A DNA stretch of 52,616 nucleotides from positions 1-52,616 of the IMG/VR virus record IMGVR_UViG_3300034117_000572. One strand, given 5' to 3'. Position 1 is the stretch's first letter; the number at the start of each line of letters is the position of its first letter. The notes below the pieces were generated by a model. That model worked only from the letters and a program-made list of their open reading frames with translations. It searched no databases and was not told where the DNA came from. Below are positions 38,301 through 47,994 of the stretch, piece after piece. Origin of the DNA: a virus. Lineage: Duplodnaviria > Caudoviricetes. Both the position numbers and the translations under genes were made by a program.

Positions 38301-38674
38301 GGTGCTGCAGTATTTAAAGGATTACCTTGTTGTTGTTGTATTGTATCAGGAATACCATTATTATCTATATCCCAACTATTATAACTACCAGGAGCATTCA
38401 TTGGACCACTAGCTTGTGGTTGATTTCCTGATGGAAACATACCAGCATTAACACCAGGAGATTGCATCTGACCTTGCATTATATTTTGCATGTCAGGAAT
38501 GCTTTGCATATTCTGAGTAAATGATGACATAGCAGAACTAATCCCAGCCTGAGCTTTCTTAATTGATTTCTTAGCTTCTGGATGAGCTTTGAAGAATGCT
38601 GCTTCAGTTGGATACTTTTTGTAAAATGCTTTATCAGATTTTACACCTGCAATTTTTAAGAATTCTGATTTCAT
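35354..38674 (-). CDS. Virion cargo protein (1106 aa) with Gly/Ala-rich membrane-like segment
   Basis: GKSHD...VEVERGE motif; glycine-zipper-like GGAIGGAAGMAIGG; many xxGG motifs. Confidence 0.65.
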   Translation of the reverse strand: MKSEFLKIAGVKSDKAFYKKYPTEAAFFKAHPEAKKSIKKAQAGISSAMSSFTQNMQSIPDMQNIMQGQMQSPGVNAGMFPSGNQPQASGPMNAPGSYNSWDIDNNGIPDTIQQQQGNPLNTAAPGATPKKPNFGDQLSKMAGPAGKVIGGIQAIREGRRKRKEAEMFANVTGLQADAAESTDVDALRQYTENAERKRRAFMPEMTGEEFFPVYGVGTNVLARNGARLEYGGMVGGNPTEIQNTYGDGNSLYDDLEYEPLYNIDQVKSYRMGGYLPKAFDGAAMSGMMSSMGGGAGGGTPWGAIGGLGSQGAASLTGNDGGGQVGGAIGGAAGMAIGGPAGEAIGQTAGTAIGGLFDTNDRDQRKAEEKIKNNMNRMIASQFTTDYLHPKFGSNLRNGGYMNPEYNPQLIAKFGELDAQDFADFAHKDEFRAGGHLKAYREPSERAMQTYAMGGELKTHWGGYAEPMSQNPYLPGSGETVMFRGKSHDESDGKGNTGIGITYGDNPVEVERGEPATKLRDGSSGEESLVVYGNLMIPEYGVEALADKNAKGKKFKNYVADLSKTEAKQNKLIEKSTNELNSLDVKNSFDKLKLTALEASIKGGNMKLKEIADKKIKAADLQNAINDTAEEYGVVADDLARGKVKIDKKAMEGYAKFGTSIPKAKDGKGDDKVVKGRGDKWSFTKAGDTGNPIWDDMQRYEQEWSPSVKTALADKERGKKMLDYINNSYGTESEKVKKSLNKFSTDEEKINFLIEEGTNKEVGPIHHVIDAAIKYTTPGMTTPLKETPKVETNVDNQFETIPYKRSGLLDAFGQVLPFIRPTDQEELNPNQLMGEMYAMSSNQLEPVQAQPYSPQLRVPFDISRQAAKNDLIAQTRGAQRLVGYNPAAQASIAAQAYNPMQQLNEQDFIDNQRMKDAVYSGNIQTLNDAELKNLAIYDQQYTRQAQARSNTKATSQAILNSISDKYAKNALENRTLGVMENMYNYRYDNRGRAINMNAPFQANIPYIYGNDGKPTHKIVYDIDGKTIKGYQPVSKKEQVTNVASTPSIPSLATSPIVQQNISGPVDYTPIDEEEYTNEEYMNQVAPKKNGGKLNKKYSQSSIVRAFK

Positions 38675-38677
38675 AAT

Positions 38678-39298
38678 TTAATATTTTATATAGGACCACT
38701 TAAATCCTTTAGATGATTTATAAGATTTTTTATTATTGCAGCAATTACAAATATGACTTGCTGATATTTTTAATTCTTGTTGTATCAATTGAGCAGATCC
38801 CCATTCTTTTATAAACTCACCATTTAAGGAATATTGATAAACTTTTTTATATTTACCTTCTTTTGCTTTTTGTATATGATCTAAAGATTGTTTTTTACCT
38901 AATCGTTTTTGTCTAAATAATTCTTTATATTCATTAGACCATACTCTACCAGTTGCTTTTTCTTTAATTTTATTTCTAGTTTCTTCTGTACAAATAGAAA
39001 TATTATTTGGATGCGTTGGTTTTAAATTATATCCATATTTTTTATTATGGACATTCAACATGTTACACCAATAATGTTCTTGTGAATATAAATATATTTT
39101 ATCACACTCTTCTAGTAACTCAAATGCGAAAGAAGTTTCACCATACTTATTCCAAGAATTTTGCATATAATCATTAACGTGTTCATTTTTTCTTAATGAA
39201 CATAAATGATCATTTAATCTTTTTGTAACATTAGATGCAGCTCCTACATAAATATGTTTAGTTGCGTTATTAGTTATAGTGTATATTCCTGTTTTCAT
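38678..39298 (-). mobile_element. Free-standing GIY-YIG homing endonuclease with NUMOD-type C-terminal domains
   Basis: KTGIYTITN...IYVG...R..H, GYN motif, and KKVYQYSLNGEFIKEW...ICNCC (NUMOD1/IENR1-like). Confidence 0.9.
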
Positions 39299-40335
39299 TT
39301 ATAAGCTTCTAACCAGCCTCCTGGTTGTTTTGTATTATAGTTTGTAAAGTTAAGTAGATTATCTAAGTTCTGCAAACCTTTTTGTTCTTGTCTTAATCCA
39401 TTCTTAGCCATAGGATATTCTGTAACCTTCTTACCCTTAAACTTATAGTTCTTACCTGGTTTCATTAACTTAGTATCACCAGTATCAGATATACCTAGTA
39501 CATCATAAGGTACTCCTTGCATTGTTATGTATGGAGAACCTATTTCCGTTATCTCTCCTGGATGATTCCATTGTCCCATATCATCTTTTATCACATTACC
39601 ATACTTTGCACTAGCCATTGTTTTCTTTGCATACTTCCCATTACTAGGAGCAGGAGATTGTGTACGTGCATATGAGAAACCTACAGCTCCTGGAATAGAA
39701 ACACCCATTGCAAATTGCTCCTGAGGAAACATTATGTTCTCTTTCTTTTCAACTGCTGGATGTCTTACATCTTTCTCCCATTTTTCTGCATCCATCCAAT
39801 TTTTAAAAGGACCACCTAAATGTTCTCCTGTCTTTTTAAATTCACCAATAGGATCATATAATGGTTTACCATATTTAAAACTAGGAATCAAATAAGCTGG
39901 TTCTCCATTCTCTCCACCTATAGACATAGCTAATTCAGAACTAGGATCAGCATAAGGTATTCTATATCCTTCTGGTAACTTATCACTAGTAGGTTGTAAG
40001 AAAGTTAATTTACCATTCTGTGCTTGAGGAACATAATTAACTGGATAAACAGAACCACCCATTTGAAACTGTCCTCCCCATGCAGGAGAATAGTTTCTTC
40101 CTTTGGTATTATATCCTTCTCCTACAAATCCTTCTGGTAAAGAAACAGAAGTATCATTATAGTTTTCTTGGTGTTCTTGCATTGTTCCACCATCTTCATA
40201 ACTATCTAACCAACCACCATTTCTCATGTTATTACTATTATCTCTACCACACTCATGGCATATGTACATATCTTTCTTACTAGAATCAGATTTGTTCCAT
40301 GACCATCCACATGTGCATTTTACTTTACCAGTCAT
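39295..40335 (-). CDS. Putative internal virion protein with N-terminal Zn-ribbon-like motif
   Basis: CTCG...CHECG; ITMQGVPY.V.G.SDTG...M.PG.Y.F.G..V.EYP domain; xxGG motifs. Confidence 0.65.
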   Translation of the reverse strand: MTGKVKCTCGWSWNKSDSSKKDMYICHECGRDNSNNMRNGGWLDSYEDGGTMQEHQENYNDTSVSLPEGFVGEGYNTKGRNYSPAWGGQFQMGGSVYPVNYVPQAQNGKLTFLQPTSDKLPEGYRIPYADPSSELAMSIGGENGEPAYLIPSFKYGKPLYDPIGEFKKTGEHLGGPFKNWMDAEKWEKDVRHPAVEKKENIMFPQEQFAMGVSIPGAVGFSYARTQSPAPSNGKYAKKTMASAKYGNVIKDDMGQWNHPGEITEIGSPYITMQGVPYDVLGISDTGDTKLMKPGKNYKFKGKKVTEYPMAKNGLRQEQKGLQNLDNLLNFTNYNTKQPGGWLEAYK

Positions 40336-41201
40336 TACTTATAACTTATTTGTGCAGGTGTTAATATAAATTGAGACACTAAATGTGTTGTTGCAGAGTT
40401 ATCAAGAATGTGTCTCACCTTCAATTCTTTTGCTCTTATTGTAGCTTTCTTAAAGCTTCTCACTCCATAATCCATGTTCTCTTGATTCACCACTTTATCT
40501 ATTGACATAGACTCACATGACACTCTAAACAATGGAACCTGAGAACTCTTCTGTAATGCCCAAAATGTATTGTACTGATAGAAGTTATCACTTTTAGTAT
40601 AAGTGATTGTTTTACTATCTGTATTGTATATTGGATATTGCATATATGCACTCATGTTGTTTAATGGTTTAGCAACAAGCTCAAGAATACCAGAACTTTG
40701 TTGTCCATTATATAGAATAGCTTTGTTAAACCATTTATCATTTGTTTCTATTCTTACATTGTCATTAAATACACCATCAGATATAGGAAGATATTCGTAT
40801 GCCTTAGTGTAATCTTTTACATTCTGTAGGATTTCATCTTGATATTGATATGCAAATGGATATTCAATAATGTATGGTTTTATATTATTATAAAAATAAT
40901 TATAAATTCTTATATTATTTAAATGTGTCCATAGACATGCTGTCTTTGATTGTGTATATCCAACACTTGCATAATCTATAAAACTTATTTCTTCTAAAGA
41001 AAAAGATTTTTCAAAAGGACATTCACCAATAGATTTAATTATTATAACAGTACTGGCAACATCAACAAGATATGTCTTACCTCTTATTAACTCTTTTCTA
41101 CTTACATTTTCATCAAGTACATTTCTAAAGTTATCAAGAACACTAAAAGGTCCTGCATTAGGACCTGTTTGTGTTAGCTTTATTGTAATTTCTCTTTCCA
41201 T
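40335..41201 (-). CDS. Separated C-terminal part of tail stabilisation/muzzle protein with extra N-terminal small domain
   Basis: Likely start MEREI at 41201 (TAATG); LWTH..YNYFY, FNKAILYN.QQSSG motifs recalled from crAss-like stabilisation protein C-termini. Confidence 0.6.
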   Translation of the reverse strand: MEREITIKLTQTGPNAGPFSVLDNFRNVLDENVSRKELIRGKTYLVDVASTVIIIKSIGECPFEKSFSLEEISFIDYASVGYTQSKTACLWTHLNNIRIYNYFYNNIKPYIIEYPFAYQYQDEILQNVKDYTKAYEYLPISDGVFNDNVRIETNDKWFNKAILYNGQQSSGILELVAKPLNNMSAYMQYPIYNTDSKTITYTKSDNFYQYNTFWALQKSSQVPLFRVSCESMSIDKVVNQENMDYGVRSFKKATIRAKELKVRHILDNSATTHLVSQFILTPAQISYK

Positions 41202-44200
41202 TATATTGTAGTTGTTGTAGTGGTAGTTGGACAATCAATTACATCTGTACAAGCATCTCCACATGCTTCTATAAATATATAACCATCTTCTTCAGAAACA
41301 AAATAAATTGATTCAAACTGAGCACATAGAACAATTGAATAATCATCTACATTGTATTTATCTAATTGATTAATTGTTCCAGTTCCATCTACCCAGAATA
41401 ATGTCAAGTTACCATACATTTGAACTGTATAACAGAATGTATTAGGAACAAATGTAGTAGTTGTTGTTGTAGTGCTACAATCATATATTCCAACTATCAT
41501 TCCGTTTTCAATTTCATAAACAGTGTTATAGAAAGAACTTTCTTGTGTAAAATAGAATCCATCAGGAACTGTTGTACAATCTGTAGAAGTTGAATCTAAA
41601 TAAACAATTTGACCAAGCTCTAATGAAAAATAAGAAATTGATATTGAATTTATATTAACATAATTTAAATCAACTGAATTTAAATAAGCAATTCCTGCAC
41701 AAGCATCTTCTGAACTACCTGTTGTAATAACTTCAGGACCACAACTTTCTAAATATCCTGTAATAAATTCTGATGAATTAGGAACATTACTTCTTTGACA
41801 TATTGTAGTAGTTGTTGTAGGAGGAACTGTAATGTAACCATCTCCATCTAACTCACAACTTGTTTCAATAACCACTCCTTCTAATTCACAATCTAATCCT
41901 AGTGTACTAGTAGTAGTAGTTGTAGGTAAAGGTATAATTGTTGTAGATGTAGTGGTAGTAGGAATTATTCTATTTATTTCTCCAACTAATGCTTCGAATG
42001 TAGATTCAGCATTAACATCATCACAACAACCATTAAGTCCTGAATAGAAGAAATTATTTTCTCCTATATAGAAATTAGGAATATAACTATGAAAACTCAC
42101 CCAAGACTTAGTATTAAAATTAAATGATATAGTCCAAGACTTGTTACAGAAGAACTCAGAATCATCCAAGTAAACTTGATCTCTAAATGTAAAGTCATTT
42201 ATTGTAGATTCTAAATAAAATTCTTTTGTGACATCATCATATTTAATATCATTATCTAAAGGAATGTAATCTAGTTTAGTAATAATAATTCTATCAAACT
42301 TACTATCATATACACCATGTAAACCAATACCATTGAAATGATTATCTATATCTGCTTTTGGAAAATATCTAAGTATCTCAAATGATAAATGGTCTGTCAT
42401 AAATCTATTTACACCAGAACCAAATGCTGTTAAATCTACAGCCTGTGTTCCTGATATAAGAAATATTTGTCCACGTTTAGCATCAACAGTTATTTGTCCT
42501 TGAGGAATCTTTAATAAGAATTTATTCTGACTTCCTACATAACCAAGATCTGTTTCAGCAAAATCAATTGGAGGAGCACTTCTAAACAATGATGGATTAC
42601 CAATATAAGCCGCCTGTGGATTACTTGTATCAATTGTAAGCATTGTATTATACAATAATGATTTGTTTTCAAATCTAGCTAATATGGCTTTATTTTGAAT
42701 ACCATCTAACGATGTTAATCCTCCATAGTTTTGAGGAAAATCAAAATATGAAATTGCTCTATATATTAACCAGTTATTCACTCTGTTATCAGTATCAACA
42801 ACTTGAACATCTGAGTATATAGCTCTGAACGGATATTCTGTAAAACATTTACTATCCCAATCATTAGGAAGATGTGAGAAGAAGTTCTCTTTGTTTTGTT
42901 TAGAAAACGTTACATTATAATAATAAGTGTTATCTTGTTCAATAGGAACAAAAGATTGTTGTACCCAATCATCAGGAATACCAGATGAAACATGTGGCCA
43001 GAAATCTCCTTCTCTATTATTAAATGCTTGACGAAGATCAAGATTGTAAGATGTCTCACAATAGAAACTAGGTACCCCATATGCAAACATATAGAAATAT
43101 CCATCATAGTAAGTTAACTCACTTGGAGAATTAGAATTAGTATATTGTGATGTATCATTAGGACAATCAAAACTAGTAGCTTTATAAGATATAAAATTTG
43201 TAAGACTACCAACACTTGATAATATACTTCTTGCAGAATGCCAATATTTTGGGTAGGCAATGTTTCCTATGACATCATAAAACACATCTGAATCATCAGG
43301 AGCATTCACTCTATTTTCTAAAAAGAATGGAAGCTTTGTTTTATATGCAAATCTAGAAATAAATGTATCACCACCAAATACAGTAGCTTCAGTTGGATTA
43401 GTACCATTAAATATTAATTGAAATCCTGTATCAATTGTGACATAAGAATATATTTGTCCCCATTGAGTTGGAGCTATATTTTTTAAAGATCCATAATAAG
43501 AAACAACTTCTATGTCTTGTTCTCTCTCTGGTGTAGAACAAGCATTTGACTCACTTATTGTAAATCTAGAATAATCACTAATTAAAGGTTGTCCTAAATA
43601 CAATAATGAATCCGTTTGATTTGGAAAAGGAAGACCTGATTTATCTATATTAGTTTTTAAATAAACAGATGTTTCTCTATTAAAGTTATTTATATTATTA
43701 TCATCTCCTACATTTTGTACACCTGGAATTAAATATCTTTGTATATCAAGATCTCTTTGTTTTATACCAAGATTATTATTTATTGGTGAAGAATAAGAAT
43801 AACTAGCTCTAGAATTAAATGAATAAGCATAATTCTTTCTTGTAATACCATTTATATAAATAGTTAGATATGCTTGATATGCAGCAAACATTGCTGATAC
43901 ATTACCATCTGAAATAATAAAAGAGCTATTTAATGCAACTTCTTGTGCCTCTTTAGAAAGTAATCTGTATTTAGCATTATCTCTCACCTCTACAAAGTGT
44001 GCTCTTCCAGCACCATACATTACATTTTCAAGTTTTAATATGTCACCTAAAAATGGTTGTCCAAAAGATGTTTCTGGAGAATTAAATATTTGTCTAGTTC
44101 TAGCAATATCATTTGAAGGTATAGGAGGTTGTGGAGTTTCTTTTTTACAATCATCCACTCTAACTTGTCTCTCTAAATAAATGGTTTGTTGTTTATCAGA

Positions 44201-46531
44201 TCCTCTACATTCTTGAGGTTCTCCACTTCCTGCAACAGTATTTACTTGTATCTCTGATGTACGTGTAACCCAAGGTCCTTCAATACTTCCTTCTATAGCA
44301 TCAAGCCAACAAGCTGCAAATCCAGCATTATTAAGTCCAAGAGAATTTTGACCTATTTTAATTGCCCAAATATCATAATTTGCGTATGAAGAATAAGCTT
44401 TAGTTTTTTCACTTTCAGGAAAATTATTTCCAAATATTGATGGATTTACTCCCCAAGGAACTGGACCACTATTTGTTTGTTTCATTTTATTAAAAGGTCC
44501 TTGTCCTAAAAACGTAGGCTTTGTGATAGAACAAACTCTATGTGCACCTAATTCATAAAACTTTTCATTACGAATTTTGTTTGTATTACAATCCGTGTAC
44601 TGAACTTCCATGTAAGGACCATCAACATCTACATTGTTAAATTGTAAAATAATTACATCAAAAGGTTCACATACTTGTGAATATGCATTATTTTGTGCAT
44701 TTAAAAAAGGATCTGCTGCAAGATCATTGTATGGATAGTTTGGATAATAAAAAGTTTCTTCTTGCCTTTCGTATGTTCCTACATTACGTAACATACCTTT
44801 AGCAACAATAGATCTATTTGTACTTCTATCTCCTCTTACTATTTTAAATCCTACAATTTGTGCTTTCTCTTCTCTAGTTAAATTAGAAGAATTTATAAGT
44901 TGTTTAATTTGGTTAACATTTATCTTTACACCAATTGGATAAATAGCATTACTTGTTTGTAACTCCACTTCATATTTATCAGCTACAAATTTTGGAACAG
45001 CTGATTCAAATGCAGGACTAACTAATATATCTGGAAATTTATGATGTCTAATAGGTTGACCAGCAAGATCACCCCATATCTTTTTATTACAAGGATATGT
45101 TTCTTCAGATTCCCAATATGCAAATTCTCCAAATTCATATGGTCCTTTATAATCAGGAGCATTTGTAAATCCAGGATGTGTACCTAATACAGAACCTGTA
45201 TTATATATTTTCCAATAAGGACTTGATCCTGTAATTGGATCAGGAATACCTATAAAATCTGGATTAGATGGAAATACGTTTGGTTGTGAAAACTCATTAT
45301 TATTCTGTGTTCTACCAGGAATATGGAAACCATCTGTTTGTTTTCCATTATCTAATAAAAATACTACTTCAAAGGCATACACTTCATCACGTAAGTATCC
45401 ACGTAAATTTGTAGCATTGAATTCATCTGAGTAATTTTCTGTAGCAGGTATTCTCCAAGTCTCCCATAGTAAAGTAATTTGATTAGCTATCTCTTGATAA
45501 TTAACTCTATCAATAGCTGAAAGTTGATCCCATATAAGTACATCTTGTGCTACAGTAATATCTTGTGCTATATCATAATAAGGAAACTTTTCAAATATGT
45601 CATCTATAGAAAGTCTTATGTTAGTAACATTCTGACCTGTGTATGTTATTTTTCTAAATAAATTATCAATATAATATGTTCCTAATAATTCAACTGAAGC
45701 AACATTGTTTATTGTTTTAATTACAGCTAAATTAAAATATTGAAACTGTCCTGATGTTTCAAGGTTAGAAACATTAACAATTATAGATTTCCCTACATTA
45801 TAATTAAAGTTAACTGTAGTGACACCTGGATCAGCTATAGGACAAGGATTTGTTACTGAATAATAACTTGTATAAGGATTACCAGAAATGTCTGAATACT
45901 GAACTGCAAACTGATATGTACCAGCAAGAAGTTCTCCTCCAGAAACAACATCTACAACTTCTAATTGAGGAATACTAAAGTCTGGTTGTATTTTTAGTTT
46001 GTTACAATCTAATTCATTGGTTACAATTACATCACATGTGTTAGGAACAATTTCTGTTATATAAGGAATTTTATCAATATCCATATATCTTCTAGCATTA
46101 ATTCCATCTGTCCAATATATCTCTGTAGCACAATTTGTTATTCTGTGTACCACTTTATGTATTGGATAATTTATACTAAAGTTAAGACAATCTGCATTTA
46201 TTAAAGTGCGATAGATACAATCATTATTATCCATGTATCCTATCTCACTTTGTGCTGTAGAAGAATTTGTTAGAAAGAATATGTGTTTACTTTTTTCTTG
46301 TATGTAATAATCTCCTATCAAAGAATATCCATTAGGAAAACTAACGCACAATTCATTACCTGGTTCATTTTGATAGTTAACAGAGTTTGCATCAAAGTTT
46401 TCTAAAGCAGCATTTAATGCATACGTAAGAGTACCTGGTTTAATCTGATTAACAGATTGATCCATGTTTAGTCCTACAGTGGCACTATTATATTCTTGTC
46501 TAATATTTCCTTGTTGTGTTTCTTCAGCCAT
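41201..46531 (-). CDS. Tail stabilisation/muzzle protein (crAss-like) with Cys/Thr-rich C-terminal extension
   Basis: GLNMD..YALNA, IYWTDG, RDEVY, IRHHKFP, FGGDTFI, WTISF..WVSFHSY.P motifs. Confidence 0.75.
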   Translation of the reverse strand: MAEETQQGNIRQEYNSATVGLNMDQSVNQIKPGTLTYALNAALENFDANSVNYQNEPGNELCVSFPNGYSLIGDYYIQEKSKHIFFLTNSSTAQSEIGYMDNNDCIYRTLINADCLNFSINYPIHKVVHRITNCATEIYWTDGINARRYMDIDKIPYITEIVPNTCDVIVTNELDCNKLKIQPDFSIPQLEVVDVVSGGELLAGTYQFAVQYSDISGNPYTSYYSVTNPCPIADPGVTTVNFNYNVGKSIIVNVSNLETSGQFQYFNLAVIKTINNVASVELLGTYYIDNLFRKITYTGQNVTNIRLSIDDIFEKFPYYDIAQDITVAQDVLIWDQLSAIDRVNYQEIANQITLLWETWRIPATENYSDEFNATNLRGYLRDEVYAFEVVFLLDNGKQTDGFHIPGRTQNNNEFSQPNVFPSNPDFIGIPDPITGSSPYWKIYNTGSVLGTHPGFTNAPDYKGPYEFGEFAYWESEETYPCNKKIWGDLAGQPIRHHKFPDILVSPAFESAVPKFVADKYEVELQTSNAIYPIGVKINVNQIKQLINSSNLTREEKAQIVGFKIVRGDRSTNRSIVAKGMLRNVGTYERQEETFYYPNYPYNDLAADPFLNAQNNAYSQVCEPFDVIILQFNNVDVDGPYMEVQYTDCNTNKIRNEKFYELGAHRVCSITKPTFLGQGPFNKMKQTNSGPVPWGVNPSIFGNNFPESEKTKAYSSYANYDIWAIKIGQNSLGLNNAGFAACWLDAIEGSIEGPWVTRTSEIQVNTVAGSGEPQECRGSDKQQTIYLERQVRVDDCKKETPQPPIPSNDIARTRQIFNSPETSFGQPFLGDILKLENVMYGAGRAHFVEVRDNAKYRLLSKEAQEVALNSSFIISDGNVSAMFAAYQAYLTIYINGITRKNYAYSFNSRASYSYSSPINNNLGIKQRDLDIQRYLIPGVQNVGDDNNINNFNRETSVYLKTNIDKSGLPFPNQTDSLLYLGQPLISDYSRFTISESNACSTPEREQDIEVVSYYGSLKNIAPTQWGQIYSYVTIDTGFQLIFNGTNPTEATVFGGDTFISRFAYKTKLPFFLENRVNAPDDSDVFYDVIGNIAYPKYWHSARSILSSVGSLTNFISYKATSFDCPNDTSQYTNSNSPSELTYYDGYFYMFAYGVPSFYCETSYNLDLRQAFNNREGDFWPHVSSGIPDDWVQQSFVPIEQDNTYYYNVTFSKQNKENFFSHLPNDWDSKCFTEYPFRAIYSDVQVVDTDNRVNNWLIYRAISYFDFPQNYGGLTSLDGIQNKAILARFENKSLLYNTMLTIDTSNPQAAYIGNPSLFRSAPPIDFAETDLGYVGSQNKFLLKIPQGQITVDAKRGQIFLISGTQAVDLTAFGSGVNRFMTDHLSFEILRYFPKADIDNHFNGIGLHGVYDSKFDRIIITKLDYIPLDNDIKYDDVTKEFYLESTINDFTFRDQVYLDDSEFFCNKSWTISFNFNTKSWVSFHSYIPNFYIGENNFFYSGLNGCCDDVNAESTFEALVGEINRIIPTTTTSTTIIPLPTTTTTSTLGLDCELEGVVIETSCELDGDGYITVPPTTTTTICQRSNVPNSSEFITGYLESCGPEVITTGSSEDACAGIAYLNSVDLNYVNINSISISYFSLELGQIVYLDSTSTDCTTVPDGFYFTQESSFYNTVYEIENGMIVGIYDCSTTTTTTTFVPNTFCYTVQMYGNLTLFWVDGTGTINQLDKYNVDDYSIVLCAQFESIYFVSEEDGYIFIEACGDACTDVIDCPTTTTTTTI

Positions 46532-46536
46532 AATGA

Positions 46537-47511
46537 TTAATTGTTACGTCTTCTACCATATCTATTAGTACGGTTAGGAAGTTCATACATATTAAATCTG
46601 TTAAGATCATTTCTAACTCTTCTTTGTTTCTCCCAAGGAGTTTGTTTTTTCATTTCAATCTCAGCCATGATATAAGATTCTTCATATGCTTGTTTATGAT
46701 ACATCATCTTTTGTTGTAACTGATTGAAAGTTTCATCATTAGTTTGATTCGTAAGAGTCTCAAACATTTTGAATTTAATGAATGCTTCTACATATTCTCT
46801 AATACGATAGTTATCAGGAATCATTTGATTACCTATATCATCATACTCTGTAGCATAGAACAATAAGTGTACAACACCATTTCTGAAATTAGTTACAAAC
46901 TTATTGTCTCTAATATCAAATGAGTCATAACTTGCAGATCCTGGTGTGAACTCACGAATAGGAGGAGCTTCTGCATAGAAGTCCCAAGTGTTTGTATATT
47001 CCACTCCACAGTTTTGTTTTGCAGATATGTTACCAGGCTTAAGTAAATACTCATGAGTAAATCCTCTAGCTACAGTGTTATTTGTTTTATATACAGCTTG
47101 TACTAATTCTGGCATACATGTACCATCACATTGTGGAACTTGACAACCAGGTCTATTACAAGGAGTCCCTCCAATAGTTAATGGAGCCACTTGAATAGTG
47201 GTAGCTGAAGCAGCTTGTGAATAAAATGAGTTAGCTGATTGATATGGATATCCAGAAACTTCTGTACACATCCAAGCTTCTCTTACAGCATAAAAGTTAT
47301 CTGGAAGTCTTGCTTGGAAATCTTCTATAAACAAGACTTCTTCACTTATTACAAAAGTGGTTCTTCCTAACTTCTTTAGAGCTTTATCTAAGTAAGTAGG
47401 AAATAATAGATCATCTATTGCACCAGTATCAAAATAACTTTTAAGTTCTTCTTTAACAGTTGCATAGACAGGCTCTGGGGATACAAAATTATATTTATAG
47501 TAGTATGACAT
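46537..47511 (-). CDS. Tail ring/tubular (head-tail adaptor-like) protein
   Basis: Synteny upstream of muzzle gene; ARLPDNF and TNF..G...Y....D..G..MIPD motifs. Confidence 0.6.
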   Translation of the reverse strand: MSYYYKYNFVSPEPVYATVKEELKSYFDTGAIDDLLFPTYLDKALKKLGRTTFVISEEVLFIEDFQARLPDNFYAVREAWMCTEVSGYPYQSANSFYSQAASATTIQVAPLTIGGTPCNRPGCQVPQCDGTCMPELVQAVYKTNNTVARGFTHEYLLKPGNISAKQNCGVEYTNTWDFYAEAPPIREFTPGSASYDSFDIRDNKFVTNFRNGVVHLLFYATEYDDIGNQMIPDNYRIREYVEAFIKFKMFETLTNQTNDETFNQLQQKMMYHKQAYEESYIMAEIEMKKQTPWEKQRRVRNDLNRFNMYELPNRTNRYGRRRNN

Positions 47512-47517
47512 AGTTCA

Positions 47518-47994
47518 TTATTTTTTCCATTCCTTATAGATGTGTTGATACTTGTCGTTGGTTTTTAAATAGTGTGATAAAAGTCTTGATGTAAGTCTTG
47601 ATGGTTTAAAATACCAAAGGTCTGAATTTTTAAAACGTGCTGTAGATTTAAACCACATCCAACCAAAAAAATAACCTTCTGTATGATAATTAAAATTGTA
47701 TATTACCTTTCCTTTCTCTTTAGTTTTTTGCCAATCAATTGGTAGGTTTACAAACTCTTTTCCATCAGCTAATTTTAATTTTCTTCTTTTCTTTTTATTG
47801 ATAGAGAATTCTCCAAACCCATAAGGTAGCTTTGCTCTATCACCTGTCTCTAAAATATACTCCTTAAAGGATTCATTGTACGTGTAGAGAATGTTTCTCC
47901 ACTCATCGTATGTAAGTTTTATAGAGGGGTGTTTTTTGCAAAACTGATTATAGTTTTCTTTACTAGAGCTTCTCCAATCAATCTTTGTTCTCAT
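47518..47994 (-). CDS. IHF/HU-like basic DNA-binding protein (crAss-like)
   Basis: ILETG...LPYGFGEFSI.K HU-like motif; IDW..TK; position in crAss-like tail block. Confidence 0.65.
   Translation of the reverse strand: MRTKIDWRSSSKENYNQFCKKHPSIKLTYDEWRNILYTYNESFKEYILETGDRAKLPYGFGEFSINKKKRRKLKLADGKEFVNLPIDWQKTKEKGKVIYNFNYHTEGYFFGWMWFKSTARFKNSDLWYFKPSRLTSRLLSHYLKTNDKYQHIYKEWKK

Noticed and set aside
14433-38674. Numerous + strand ORFs antisense to the giant genes
   Set aside because: Shadow ORFs rich in S/L/I/F, fully nested, with no recognisable motifs
38678-39298. Group I intron around the GIY-YIG gene
   Set aside because: Flanking genes look complete and abut the ORF, leaving no non-coding ribozyme sequence
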